This document shows, one piece after another, positions 1 to 9,910 of a DNA stretch of 64,000 nucleotides. Source of the DNA: a virus (Duplodnaviria > Heunggongvirae > Uroviricota > Caudoviricetes); the IMG/VR virus record IMGVR_UViG_2703718817_000003; one strand, given 5' to 3'. The position numbers and the translations under genes were made by a program. The notes beneath the pieces were generated by a model. That model was not told the origin of the DNA and ran no database searches. It saw only the letters and a program-made list of their open reading frames with translations. The first letter of the stretch is position 1; each line of letters starts with the position of its first letter.

Positions 1-1
1 C

Positions 2-208
2 CGCAACCTGGTCAACGCTTACCGGATACCCACTGATACGCATGAGTTTTTGACGCCAGAGGGGGTATTGTCGCGTCGTACTATTGTGGCCTTATCTCCC
101 TTCATGAATGCCTTTACCCTGATGATGTCGGAGGCTGAACACCGAGGAAAACGCTGGTATCACCCAAGGATGGGACAATTCCAGGTGATCGGTTGGGGAG
201 GCGAGTGA
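2..208 (+). CDS. 3' fragment of a Rha-family regulator/antirepressor-like gene, truncated by the window edge; ends at TGA 206-208
   Basis: Frame-2 translation RNLVNAYRIPTDTHEFLTPEG...KRWYHPRMGQFQ parallels the C-terminal part of the 41191-42132 protein (CRNLVNAYRIPTDTHEFLTPDG...KRWYHPRMGLFQ); DNA roughly 80-90% identical by eye. Confidence 0.5.
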   Translation, partial: RNLVNAYRIPTDTHEFLTPEGVLSRRTIVALSPFMNAFTLMMSEAEHRGKRWYHPRMGQFQVIGWGGE

Positions 209-405
209 TGGACATCATGCAGGCGGTAAAAAAAATCAGGGAAGGACAGGCTGAAGTGTGCCGCCGTAAAGCATGGAGTGTTGGTATATGGATCTGGCCT
301 GATAATTGCTCTACTACCGGATGGTTTTGTATTAATGGATGCCAGATCCGGGAAGTCGATTTATCGATGGCGGATGCAGTCGGTAATGATTGGATCGTAA
401 CTTGA
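208..405 (+). CDS. Small DUF2829-like (Tad2-family-like) domain protein; ATG 208 overlaps the upstream stop (TGATG)
   Basis: ORF track 193-405 (TTG) with in-frame ATG at 208; product MDIMQAVKKIREGQAEVCRRKAWSVGIWIWPDN...NDWIVT resembles the C-terminal domain of the 41191-42132 protein and the DUF2829 pattern (K-x-RR-x-W ... DW-I-V). Confidence 0.4.
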   Translation: MDIMQAVKKIREGQAEVCRRKAWSVGIWIWPDNCSTTGWFCINGCQIREVDLSMADAVGNDWIVT

Positions 406-436
406 AGTGTGATGCCCCGGCCTGGCCGGGGCTTTT

Positions 437-922
437 TCATGCCTCATTAGTTGAGGTTGCTGCGTCTCCGACAGGTAACAGAGCTGTATTGCGTGGTTCG
501 CCAGCAGGCCAGCGATAGCCAGACACTCTTGATGTTGGGAATGCGCGAATATTAACAGCATCCCCCTGGTTCCCACCCAAGACAAGCAGATCGCCATTGG
601 CGCGGCGTCCGACAACAAAGCCTACATGCCCACCGCCTGCGCGAGTAAATACAACGATACATCCGTATGCCGGTGTATCTAATTTCTCGCCCCAATCCAG
701 ATAGGATTTTGCCGACTCAAATCTTGTTGAGCGGATACCTACACGTTCCAGCATTGCACCAACAAATGCAGCGCACCACGGCGTTTCGTCGTCTTTAATT
801 CCGCTGCGCTTAATATCCCGCCAGAACTGGACGATCTCAGGATTGTGTTTCGCTCCTTTTATTTCGGTGACTCCAATATTTTTACGGGCCTCAATAAGCC
901 AACGAGGTTCATTGTTTGCCAT
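437..922 (-). CDS. CHAP/NlpC-P60-like cysteine peptidase domain protein (TIGR02594-like)
   Basis: 161 aa ORF; Cys in TPWCAAFVGAM and His in GGGHVGFVVG are spaced as in CHAP-type peptidoglycan amidases. Confidence 0.45.
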   Translation of the reverse strand: MANNEPRWLIEARKNIGVTEIKGAKHNPEIVQFWRDIKRSGIKDDETPWCAAFVGAMLERVGIRSTRFESAKSYLDWGEKLDTPAYGCIVVFTRAGGGHVGFVVGRRANGDLLVLGGNQGDAVNIRAFPTSRVSGYRWPAGEPRNTALLPVGDAATSTNEA

Positions 923-1059
923 ATATTTCTCCCGGTCATGGGTTAATAAGTAGGCAAACTATGGTGAGTATATGATTTTGACGGTAGTATCGTTCATCCC
1001 TGAAAATAACATTCTCCATACCCTCTCAAACCGTACCGCTTAAGGCGGATTTAACGGTT

Positions 1060-4000
1060 TTGAGGGGGCTTCCTTTGGACAAAATAATTGATTCAATTAG
1101 CCAGGCCACCAGCATTGGGGCGCTGATTGAAATTGTTAGTCGGTTGCATAAACCGCGAGCTGTAGTGACCTTTGGCGTTAAGAAAGTCGATGGCGTCAGT
1201 ATTCAGAAAACACGCCGGGCAGCAAACAACGCCGCAGTAAATCTTCTTAATTCCCTTCCGCCTGGCTTCGATGGGGCGAAATTAACTGACGAACAGCGTC
1301 AGATTCTTGCCGGGTATACCGGTGAAGGCGGCCTGACAGATGGTGAGGGCAGCCAATACGAATACTATACGCCACAGTTTATGGCAGAAGGTATATGGGA
1401 TCTCTTCGGCGACTACGGTATTGATAGCGGTCACGTACTGGAACCGTCAGCAGGCACAGGTATTTTCCAGGAGACAAAACGGCAGGGCATGATAATGACC
1501 AGCGCCGAACTGTCTCCGATCTCCGGTCGAATAAACCAGCTTTTGCACCCGGAAGATGATGTGAATATCGGGGCGTTTGAGGCGCTGGCGGCGAAAGATG
1601 CAATGTATGACCACGCAGTTGGTAACGTACCGTTTGGCGAAGGGCGTTCCGGCGTCGCCGGGCTTGATCCGGCATATGCAAACGAGAAGAACGTTGGCAA
1701 TTATTTTGTGCTGCGCACGATCGACAAGGTTAAGCCTGGTGGACTAATTGTATTGGTGGTGCCGAATGGCATGACCGATGGTACGAAATACAAAAAATTG
1801 CGCGATAAAGTCAGCCGTAAAGCGGAATTTTTGGGCGCGCATCGTATGCCTTCTGGTACGTTCAGCGAATCCGGTACAGATACCGTGGTGGACGTATGGG
1901 TATTGCGTAAACACCCGGAAACCTTCCTGGAGATGATCCCCGACACGGATGATGCAACGCTCAAATCGGCAAACGTCCTTTGGGATACCTTCCTCAAAGG
2001 GAAATGGTTTACAACCGAAGGGAAGCGATTTGTTTACGGCGACATGGAACGCACCAGCTTCCGCAATACCCTGGTGGTGAAAAAGGACGGTCGTGTATCC
2101 AATGAGTCGATGAAAACCGCGTTATCACGCCGCTTTGAAAGCCGTATTAATTGGGATTTGCTCGGAGTAACTACCCAGGCATGGCAGGGCGCAAAAGTAG
2201 GGGATAAGCGTCTTGTAGGCGGTATCTGGCATGAGTTTGATGGCCTGAAATGGGTTAAGGACACGACAACCAAATCCTCCGCGCTTGATGTAAGTCGATA
2301 TGGTGTTTCGACGTTTGGCGATCTGCAGATCGCGTTCCAGTCAACAAACGGGATTCTGGCTTTGTCATGGGACCAGATATCGGCGATCGCGTCCGACTAT
2401 CCATCGGTTGTCAGTGATGAAGTGGCAGCAATGATTCGCTTTGCTGGCAAACAGCGAGAAAAAGACAGGGAGCGCGTTATGCGCGGTGCACTGATAGGTC
2501 AGTTGATCAACAAGGCACTTGATTTGCGTAACCTGGGGGTGAACGTTGATGACAAACTGGCAGATGCATCCCGCCTGGCGGCAGCAGAAGTTGCGAAGTA
2601 TGGACCACCGCACGCGATTAAGCTGAATGGGCTTGCAGAAGCTGGAGCTAAAAACTGGATGACGTTCACTGGCAATGTGAAACAGGATGGTTCCACTTCT
2701 GACCTTCTGGCAGGGCGACTTGATGTAACGGATGGTGCTGCCGGTATTGACTTTACACGTCCGGAACAAGTGATAGCACATCTTTTCAGTGATGTAGCCC
2801 TTTATCCTATAACGCTGGGCGACTTTCGTGAGGCGTTTGCTGGTGAACTGCCAGAGGACGACGACGCGGCCCTTGAATACCTGGCGAAATTTGATGATAT
2901 CGCTATTGATGGGTATGGCTGCCTGCTGCCGATGGACCGCGCCACCAGCGGCGATATTGCAACCAAAACAACATTGCTGGTGGGCTGGCGTGATGCGTCA
3001 ACAGGTGAACAGAAAGCGAACTTTGAGCGTCAGTTGGCGAAAATCGAAGAGAAACGCATTTTCACGCCACTAAATAAAGTCACCGTTAATCTGAACGCCC
3101 GCTGGCTGGATCGCCGCTTGATAAAAGAGTTCCTGGCAGAGCAGGGCTATGACGAGTTTAAGTACACTGAACCTGATCTGAAGGTCGTCGATGGCATTCT
3201 GGTATCTCCGGACGATTACGAAGGTAAGGACGGGGTATTTACCGGCTATCAGCTACGAACCGTAAACGGCAAAAACGGGAATGAGTTCAAGAAGGCCAAC
3301 AATAAAGACGGCTTCCTGAACCAGTTAGAAAACTACCTGAACGGTGTTAAACCGCGTGGGCAGAACGCTAACGAGTACCTGGATAAAATTGCTCAACTGG
3401 AAGTTAGCTTTAACGACTGGTTACGCACCCACCCGCAGGCGGATCAGATAGCCCGTGACTATAACGACGCATTCAATGGCTTCATTCCGTTCACGCACTC
3501 TAACGCACCGCTTGGCCTGGAAGGGATTAGTGGAAAGCGCATTCCTCTGACTTATCAGAATGAAGAAGTTCGTCGCTTGTCAGAAGATGGGCGCGGCATC
3601 ATGGGATTTGGTACCGGGCTGGGTAAAACCACGACCGCGCTTGCGCTTGAGGCGTATAACTTCGAAACAGGTCGTACTAAACGCACGTGTATTGTTGTTC
3701 CGAAGGCGGTTTATCAGAACTGGTATCACGAGGCACAGAGCTTCTACAGTGCTGATGCCTTCGCCAATATGATGTTTATCGGTCTGGATGAAGTTCGTGA
3801 TGAAGACGGCAATATTCTGACCGCGCCGGTGCTTGATGAAAATGGCGAACCCCGCCTCGACAGTAACGGGCAGCCTCTTACCAGAAATGTTGTGAAAGAG
3901 TCCGCCAGCGCCGTTATCGTTCAGCGCATGAACATGATCCCGTCGTCAAATTGGCGAACGGTCATCATGACAAAAGAACAATTCGCGTCTATCCCGCTAC

Positions 4001-7000
4001 GAGAAAAAACCATCGAGGAGAACTCACAGCAAGCTGTCTTTAATGCTGTGGAAATGGGGCGTCTTGACCTGGCGTCTGGTAAACACCGTGATGCGCAGAA
4101 GAAGAACAAGATTAAGGATCAGGCCGCGAATACCGGTACAACGAAGAAGCAGAATATCCCGTACTTTGAGGATATGAACTTCGATAGCGTGATTGCCGAC
4201 GAGGGGCATAACTACCGCAACTCCTTTAATGCCGGGCGTGAAGCGGGACAACTGGCATATTTGCCTAACCCGGCAGTATCCAAGATGGCCCGCGACATGG
4301 CTGTAAAAGCTGCGTACATGATGAAACGCAACAACGGGCGTGGTGTAGTCATGCTGACGGCAACTCCGCTGGTGAACAGTCCGATTGATGCCTTCAACAT
4401 GCTGTCTACTGTCATTCCGCAGGAAGAGTGGATGCGCATGGGCATTATTACGCCGGATGATTTCGTTCGCGTGTTCGGCAAAACAGCCACAGTTCAGGTT
4501 CAGAAAATTTCCGGTGAGGTGGAAGAGAAGCAGGGGCTGGTGGGCTTCCAGAACCTTGATGGTCTGCGTGGTATTTTCCACCGTTGGACCACTCTGAAGA
4601 CTGCCGCAGATGTCGGAGCGACGGTTAAAATTCCCGACATCATCGAGAACACCTTGCAGATCCCGATGACAGGGGAGCAGGAGGCTGCTTATGAAGAGCT
4701 TCGTAAGCGTGCTCAGGAGTTAAGTCGCAATGATGAGCTGACAGTCGATGAAAACGGGCATATCACTAACGACAAACCGGATGATTTCATCTTCTCCATC
4801 ATCCGCGACATGGATAAGGTTGCTATAGATCCGGATCTGTATGCCAGTGCGATTACATTCCAGTTCCCCGTTGAGCTTGCAGACAAGGTAAAAGCTATTG
4901 CGGATGCCCTGCCAAAAGTCGCAGGCGGTAAAGTGGCAGATGATGCAGACGAGGCCGAAGAAGACGGCGCTGGTGGACTGGTCAGTACGCGTACCAGCAA
5001 GGTAGTGAAGACCACCTTTAGTGAACATCCGGCGCATGTTGAAATACGCGCCAGCATTGAACTGGAAGCTGAAATACTGAAGGCCATTGCTGCCGCCGGG
5101 ATTGATCTGCAGCAGGTATCACACCCCATCCCGCCGAAGTATGCCGCGCTGATCGAAAACCTTCGTGAAGGTTTGAAGAACGGTAAACAAATTGTCTTCA
5201 TTGATGAAAAAGCCCAGCACCAGAAGCTGCGCCGTATTATCGCCAGTGCACTGCAAATGCCGGAGCAGGAGATAGGCATTATCAATGCGACGACCGTTAG
5301 CCAGGCTGGCGGCATCAAGCTGAAGAAGGTGAATAAGCCGACTGAACCTACTCCGAATAAAAACGGTGAATACAAAGAAGGGGCATGGGAAACCTACTAC
5401 AGCAAACTTGCCCAATATGAGGATTATCTCTCAGCTAAAAATGATGCTGGCCTTGAGGGTATGGAAGGCATTGCCGCCGACTATAACGAAGGGCGCACGC
5501 GCATCATTATCTGTAACAAGAAGGCTGAAGTAGGTATTAACCTGCATATCGGGACAACCGATATCCACCACCTGACACTACCCTGGACACCAGCCAGTAT
5601 CGACCAACGAAATGGGCGCGGTGCGCGCGTAGGTTCACCGCAAGAGAAGGTCAATGTTCACTACTATTGTGGCAAAGGCACATTCGACGACTTCCGTCTG
5701 GATACGCTGAAACGTAAGAAAGACTGGATCAAGATGGTGATGACCTCCGACATGTCAGAGATCGCCAATGGTGATGCGGATGATGCTGATGAACGCGCCA
5801 TTATGCTGGCGGCAAACCCGGAAGAACGCCGCGCAATCATGGCTCGCCAGGCGCAAGAGCGCGAAGAACGTCTGAAACTGAAAGCACAGCGCGAGGCCAA
5901 CAATGCTCTCGATATCTACCTGAAAGCGGCAAACGCCGCTGGAAAAGATATCGGCATGATGGAGACAGAACTGAAAAGCGCGATGGAACAGATAGAGTAT
6001 TACCAGCGAAATCTTGACGACCTGATAAAAGCGGGTACGAACAGGAATGGGCAAAAATTCGCGCTTGAGCAGTTGAGTAGCTACAGAAAACGTGCGCGGG
6101 TGCTGCGGTTTGCGATCACCAGGGCAAAAGACGCGGATACCATAATGAAACGCTCTCGTGGTGATGTGGAGCGAGCTATTAAGTCTGGTGTGCTGGATAT
6201 CAGTATCGATGTTATTCAGAACCCACAGGAATATATGCGCACTGACAAGAATATCCTGTTGCATAAAGGTAGTTATTACCGTGCAGTCATTGATGATCGC
6301 GAAACAACAGCGATTGTCCGGGTGGAAAAAATTGACGGTGAAAAAGCACAATACCTCTGCCGTATCGCCTGGCTGGATAGAGCAAGTCGTTACGCTCGAT
6401 CACCGGGGTCAATCGTTACATTGCCGTTTGACTCTGTGATTGAAGCGGTAACTTTTGAAGAGGGGGTAGCTGAATCGCGCGCAACGGCTGCGCGTGGTGT
6501 TCAGTGCCACCAGCTATCAACAATACTTACTCGCGATCAGTTCTATGATGCTATTCGCAATGGGGTAATGAATGTTATTGCTGGTAAACCTGGTAATGCA
6601 TGGGGCGGTGGGTCAGCTATTAAATACTGGGCATATCGCACAGATGATGGTCAGATCGCGCTGTCATCGGCCTATGATGGCGTGATAGGCCAAAAAATCG
6701 GGCGAGCATCGGATATAGCACCTGAACGATGGATATATCCAGATGGCAACGATGAGGCGCTGAAGCGTGAAGTGGCAAAAATACAAGCCAGTGATAACCC
6801 GCTGAATATCGTGGACGGCGAGGGATTCCTCCAGGCATTGTATGGGTATGATTACATCCAGGGAATGCAGGCATGGGGCGCACAGGCAACGATGGATGAT
6901 GTTGTCCAGGAGTTCGAAAACTGGATGGCTGGGCGTGGTCTGTCAGGTCGTTCGCTTAATAAAGTCACTTCTGAAGATATTCTTAGCTTGTTCCGCAAAC

Positions 7001-7911
7001 CGTCCGGAGAAGGTCTGGAATCATTCTGGAGGACCGTGCTGGCATACCGTTTATTCAAGGGCAGAATGAAAGCCTTTAGCAATATCGATGATATTGAACG
7101 GATGTTTAATCAGGTCAAGATCGCGAAAATTAAGACGAAGATCGAAAAAACACGTTCTGCGCTGGTGGCCTGGCGCGATGCATTGTTTGAGCAATATAAA
7201 TCACTCAGTGATGCAGATGGATGGGCGGCATTGGAACAGTTGGCGAATAATGGGGTAGATGGAGCGAAACTCGCCATAGTCCAGGCTGATAACCCCCTGG
7301 AATCACCGGCAGCACAGTGGATTAAGGTGGGGGCTGTCATCAATGCATTTGATGAAAAACACATTAGTAAGGACGATTTTGCTGATGCTGTTTCTGTTAA
7401 TCGCCTGGTAGAAATGGCTACCCGCCGCGCCCGTGAGTTGAAAGACGGTGACTATGTGAATGAGTTGCCGGATGCGCTCAAATCAGCAACGTGGCAAGAC
7501 TATGTATCGCTGAAAAACGGCGGGGCCACCGAATCAGAGATCGCGGAAAGGCTTGAACAGGCTGAAAGCAAAAGAGAAGAGCAGGCGGCAGTGGCTGAAG
7601 CCAGAGCTGATGAAGCGGCGAATGATGACTATATCATTGTGGTTAATGATAAGCCGATTCGCGCTAAGGCGCGTGTTCGCGGGCGCTGGTGGAGTGTCAG
7701 CGAGGACGTCGGTGCGGTTTATCTCATTGCCGACCAACCTGGTTCCTCGACAATACGGAACGCCAAAGACGCGATTAAGAAGATTGGCGGGCGTTTCTGG
7801 AATTTTGAAGCAAACCCGGTTGCTGATGTGAACTTTGACCGTCCGGCATGGATGGTATCTACGCGTTACTCGGTAGATGAACTGCGTAAAATAATCGCCG
7901 ATGCGGCCTAA
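1060..7911 (+). CDS. darB: DarB-like giant antirestriction protein: N-terminal N6-adenine methyltransferase domain plus SNF2-type helicase domains
   Basis: 2283 aa ORF. AdoMet motif LEPSAGTGIF and catalytic-like NVPFGE near the N-terminus; Walker A GFGTGLGKTTTA, DEGH box (IADEGHNYRN) and helicase motif VI QRNGRGARVGS. Size and architecture match P1 DarB. Start (TTG at 1060) is uncertain. Confidence 0.8.
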   Translation: MRGLPLDKIIDSISQATSIGALIEIVSRLHKPRAVVTFGVKKVDGVSIQKTRRAANNAAVNLLNSLPPGFDGAKLTDEQRQILAGYTGEGGLTDGEGSQYEYYTPQFMAEGIWDLFGDYGIDSGHVLEPSAGTGIFQETKRQGMIMTSAELSPISGRINQLLHPEDDVNIGAFEALAAKDAMYDHAVGNVPFGEGRSGVAGLDPAYANEKNVGNYFVLRTIDKVKPGGLIVLVVPNGMTDGTKYKKLRDKVSRKAEFLGAHRMPSGTFSESGTDTVVDVWVLRKHPETFLEMIPDTDDATLKSANVLWDTFLKGKWFTTEGKRFVYGDMERTSFRNTLVVKKDGRVSNESMKTALSRRFESRINWDLLGVTTQAWQGAKVGDKRLVGGIWHEFDGLKWVKDTTTKSSALDVSRYGVSTFGDLQIAFQSTNGILALSWDQISAIASDYPSVVSDEVAAMIRFAGKQREKDRERVMRGALIGQLINKALDLRNLGVNVDDKLADASRLAAAEVAKYGPPHAIKLNGLAEAGAKNWMTFTGNVKQDGSTSDLLAGRLDVTDGAAGIDFTRPEQVIAHLFSDVALYPITLGDFREAFAGELPEDDDAALEYLAKFDDIAIDGYGCLLPMDRATSGDIATKTTLLVGWRDASTGEQKANFERQLAKIEEKRIFTPLNKVTVNLNARWLDRRLIKEFLAEQGYDEFKYTEPDLKVVDGILVSPDDYEGKDGVFTGYQLRTVNGKNGNEFKKANNKDGFLNQLENYLNGVKPRGQNANEYLDKIAQLEVSFNDWLRTHPQADQIARDYNDAFNGFIPFTHSNAPLGLEGISGKRIPLTYQNEEVRRLSEDGRGIMGFGTGLGKTTTALALEAYNFETGRTKRTCIVVPKAVYQNWYHEAQSFYSADAFANMMFIGLDEVRDEDGNILTAPVLDENGEPRLDSNGQPLTRNVVKESASAVIVQRMNMIPSSNWRTVIMTKEQFASIPLREKTIEENSQQAVFNAVEMGRLDLASGKHRDAQKKNKIKDQAANTGTTKKQNIPYFEDMNFDSVIADEGHNYRNSFNAGREAGQLAYLPNPAVSKMARDMAVKAAYMMKRNNGRGVVMLTATPLVNSPIDAFNMLSTVIPQEEWMRMGIITPDDFVRVFGKTATVQVQKISGEVEEKQGLVGFQNLDGLRGIFHRWTTLKTAADVGATVKIPDIIENTLQIPMTGEQEAAYEELRKRAQELSRNDELTVDENGHITNDKPDDFIFSIIRDMDKVAIDPDLYASAITFQFPVELADKVKAIADALPKVAGGKVADDADEAEEDGAGGLVSTRTSKVVKTTFSEHPAHVEIRASIELEAEILKAIAAAGIDLQQVSHPIPPKYAALIENLREGLKNGKQIVFIDEKAQHQKLRRIIASALQMPEQEIGIINATTVSQAGGIKLKKVNKPTEPTPNKNGEYKEGAWETYYSKLAQYEDYLSAKNDAGLEGMEGIAADYNEGRTRIIICNKKAEVGINLHIGTTDIHHLTLPWTPASIDQRNGRGARVGSPQEKVNVHYYCGKGTFDDFRLDTLKRKKDWIKMVMTSDMSEIANGDADDADERAIMLAANPEERRAIMARQAQEREERLKLKAQREANNALDIYLKAANAAGKDIGMMETELKSAMEQIEYYQRNLDDLIKAGTNRNGQKFALEQLSSYRKRARVLRFAITRAKDADTIMKRSRGDVERAIKSGVLDISIDVIQNPQEYMRTDKNILLHKGSYYRAVIDDRETTAIVRVEKIDGEKAQYLCRIAWLDRASRYARSPGSIVTLPFDSVIEAVTFEEGVAESRATAARGVQCHQLSTILTRDQFYDAIRNGVMNVIAGKPGNAWGGGSAIKYWAYRTDDGQIALSSAYDGVIGQKIGRASDIAPERWIYPDGNDEALKREVAKIQASDNPLNIVDGEGFLQALYGYDYIQGMQAWGAQATMDDVVQEFENWMAGRGLSGRSLNKVTSEDILSLFRKPSGEGLESFWRTVLAYRLFKGRMKAFSNIDDIERMFNQVKIAKIKTKIEKTRSALVAWRDALFEQYKSLSDADGWAALEQLANNGVDGAKLAIVQADNPLESPAAQWIKVGAVINAFDEKHISKDDFADAVSVNRLVEMATRRARELKDGDYVNELPDALKSATWQDYVSLKNGGATESEIAERLEQAESKREEQAAVAEARADEAANDDYIIVVNDKPIRAKARVRGRWWSVSEDVGAVYLIADQPGSSTIRNAKDAIKKIGGRFWNFEANPVADVNFDRPAWMVSTRYSVDELRKIIADAA

Positions 7912-7947
7912 CAGATAAGGAGCGGCCCCAACCGGGGCCGAATTTGA

Positions 7948-8382
7948 ATGACGACATTAATTGACACTGTAAAACCGACGGAATCCTACCTTGAGGACAT
8001 TTTGCCGCAGGCGCTCAATGGCAGGAGTGAAGAGGCGTTTCTGGATGCATATCTGGATGGCATGGCGGAAAGGCTGAAAAGAGATCCACAGCTTTATCAT
8101 CTTTATGGGCCGTGGTGGCCTGCGCTTAAAACGTTATTGCTGGAGCGCGGCGACATATCATTTGGACAAGTTGTAGATAGTGATGTGGCAGAAATCTACA
8201 AAATGAGTCGCCCGGCGCTTACGGTTTTAGCCGGGCATCTGTATTCGAGCGATCGCCTGGAAAATGACGCGGTATACAATCCCGTTCATGCTCTGGAAGT
8301 CGCGCCTTATGCTGATGATACAGAGCCATACGTATACACAAGTTACGACGAGTCTATAGAGAAATATCGAATCGTGGGGTAG
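7948..8382 (+). CDS. hypothetical protein
   Basis: 144 aa ORF immediately after the darB-like gene; no recognised motif. Confidence 0.5.
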   Translation: MTTLIDTVKPTESYLEDILPQALNGRSEEAFLDAYLDGMAERLKRDPQLYHLYGPWWPALKTLLLERGDISFGQVVDSDVAEIYKMSRPALTVLAGHLYSSDRLENDAVYNPVHALEVAPYADDTEPYVYTSYDESIEKYRIVG

Positions 8383-8384
8383 CC

Positions 8385-8645
8385 ATGCGAAAGAATCGTA
8401 GGTTTACGATCGACGACTTAAAAGCGTACTCACAAGGGAAGGGATACGCCCTTGAATACCACCGTTATAAGCGGGTATTTACCCTGCGGCATATAGAAAA
8501 CCCTTCGAAATGGGGATGGATTTATTTTCCGCACACTGACGATAAGCTGGTGGGGCTTGTTGATGATTTATCCTATGAAGGATGGATGATTGCTATCGAC
8601 AAGGCGGTTACGGAAATTAACGAACCGGATAAAATAAACCATTAA
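8385..8645 (+). CDS. hypothetical protein
   Basis: 86 aa ORF, 3 nt after the upstream gene. Confidence 0.45.
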   Translation: MRKNRRFTIDDLKAYSQGKGYALEYHRYKRVFTLRHIENPSKWGWIYFPHTDDKLVGLVDDLSYEGWMIAIDKAVTEINEPDKINH

Positions 8646-8831
8646 AAATAACAAGTTGGGTAAATGACATACAATTTACCCGGCTTGTTGACCCGCATCA
8701 CCATTTACTCTAAAAACAAGTCCGACCTGTTGCATCCGCTTATCTCTTCAGTAGTATTCCCCTCGGTTTTGATAAAACTAACGCTCTTGTTATTATCGTT
8801 TTCATGATTTCAGGAAGTTTGTGTTAGAAAT

Positions 8832-9278
8832 TTGATGCGAAGACGCAGGCATCATAGTGCGTATTCTGAAATATCCCCGCACGCTGCTGCACTAAGAGAG
8901 TTAGAAAGAAATCCTGACTTATTAAAACGGAATTACGAACATTACGAACAGGTTCGCGTTCTGGATTGGCTGTATCGCAACATGCGATACGTGTATGAGC
9001 ACACACACTCAACACCGAACGGCGGCCTGAGAGGCAAAAGGACAGCCATTAAGATGGTGGCAGAAGGTCAGAAGAAGGGCTATCCGGACCTTTCTATTGA
9101 CCTTGCTCGTGGTGGGTATCACGGAATGCGCATTGAGATGAAGCACGGGAGAAACCGTCTGACTCCCGAACAGCTCGTCTGGATGACCCGCCTCACGGAA
9201 GCAGGCTATTACTGCTTTGAGGCGCGCAGTGCCGATGAAGCCATAAAAGCTATCACGGAATATGTAAATCTTGATTAA
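8832..9278 (+). CDS. VRR-NUC domain nuclease-like protein
   Basis: 148 aa; GYPDLSIDL...EMKHGRNRLTPEQLVWM fits the VRR-NUC (PD-(D/E)xK) pattern G-x-PDL ... E-x-K ... Q. Confidence 0.55.
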   Translation: MMRRRRHHSAYSEISPHAAALRELERNPDLLKRNYEHYEQVRVLDWLYRNMRYVYEHTHSTPNGGLRGKRTAIKMVAEGQKKGYPDLSIDLARGGYHGMRIEMKHGRNRLTPEQLVWMTRLTEAGYYCFEARSADEAIKAITEYVNLD

Positions 9279-9292
9279 ACGGAGAAATAGTT

Positions 9293-9493
9293 TTGCGTTT
9301 ACTTAACGTGGCTGAACTTATCCCTGCCGGTGCTAACGTTGTTGCTCGTCGCTGCTCATGGCCTCATTCTTTCTGTATAGAGCTTAAAAAGATGGATGAT
9401 GGGGCATTAGAAGCCCGAAACATAGTTACCGGCGACAAGGTATGCATTACCCCGGAAAGCGCGAAAGCCAATGATTGGGAGTTTGTTCATTGA
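9293..9493 (+). CDS. hypothetical small protein
   Basis: 66 aa ORF in the same operon orientation. Confidence 0.3.
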   Translation: MRLLNVAELIPAGANVVARRCSWPHSFCIELKKMDDGALEARNIVTGDKVCITPESAKANDWEFVH

Positions 9494-9801
9494 GCAGAAA
9501 ACACCACGTAAATCTGACGTTTGCTGATGACGCCGGAAGAACCAGAAGCATAACCATGAAAGTTGCTTCCAGGAAAGTAACCGCTCCACTTATACGAGAG
9601 GCCGTAAGTGAACTTGATATGAGTGAGAATGCAGCTCTGTTATCGGTAAGCTGGCTTGGGAAAATGACGGATCAGGAATACTCGGATGGTATACCCCACG
9701 GTGAGCGGCAGATAGTAAAGCGCGCGTTTAGAATTTCAGAGGTAGTTGTCGTACTGATAGCTTTGATTTATATGGCATACATGCTACTCCAACACGTCTA
9801 A
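9475..9801 (+). CDS. hypothetical protein with C-terminal hydrophobic segment
   Basis: 108 aa ORF; C-terminus VVVLIALIYMAYMLL is membrane-like; followed by a terminator. Confidence 0.35.
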   Translation: MGVCSLSRKHHVNLTFADDAGRTRSITMKVASRKVTAPLIREAVSELDMSENAALLSVSWLGKMTDQEYSDGIPHGERQIVKRAFRISEVVVVLIALIYMAYMLLQHV

Positions 9802-9810
9802 ACGGTCATA

Positions 9811-9836
9811 AACCCGCCAGTTGGCGGGTTTTTTGT
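9811..9836 (+). terminator. Rho-independent terminator
   Basis: CCCGCCA-GT-TGGCGGG stem followed by TTTTTTG. Confidence 0.6.
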
Positions 9837-9875
9837 TGCCTGAGTCTTTTTATTGAAATTGCATACTAATAAAAT

Positions 9876-9890
9876 ATGTTAGAAAACTAA
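9876..9890. promoter_or_regulatory. Operator-like motif ATGTTAGAAAACTAA upstream of the 9911 gene
   Basis: Member of the recurring motif family ATGTTAGAAAATTAA (see findings). Confidence 0.45.
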
Positions 9891-9910
9891 TTTCAAGAAA
9901 GGGAACAAAC

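Noticed and set aside
4024-4581. Antisense ORFs inside the darB-like gene (also 1379-1700, 4713-5375, 5755-6351)
   Set aside because: All lie opposite a 2283 aa gene with strong helicase and methyltransferase motifs, are Ser/Cys/Arg-rich and have no translation signals.
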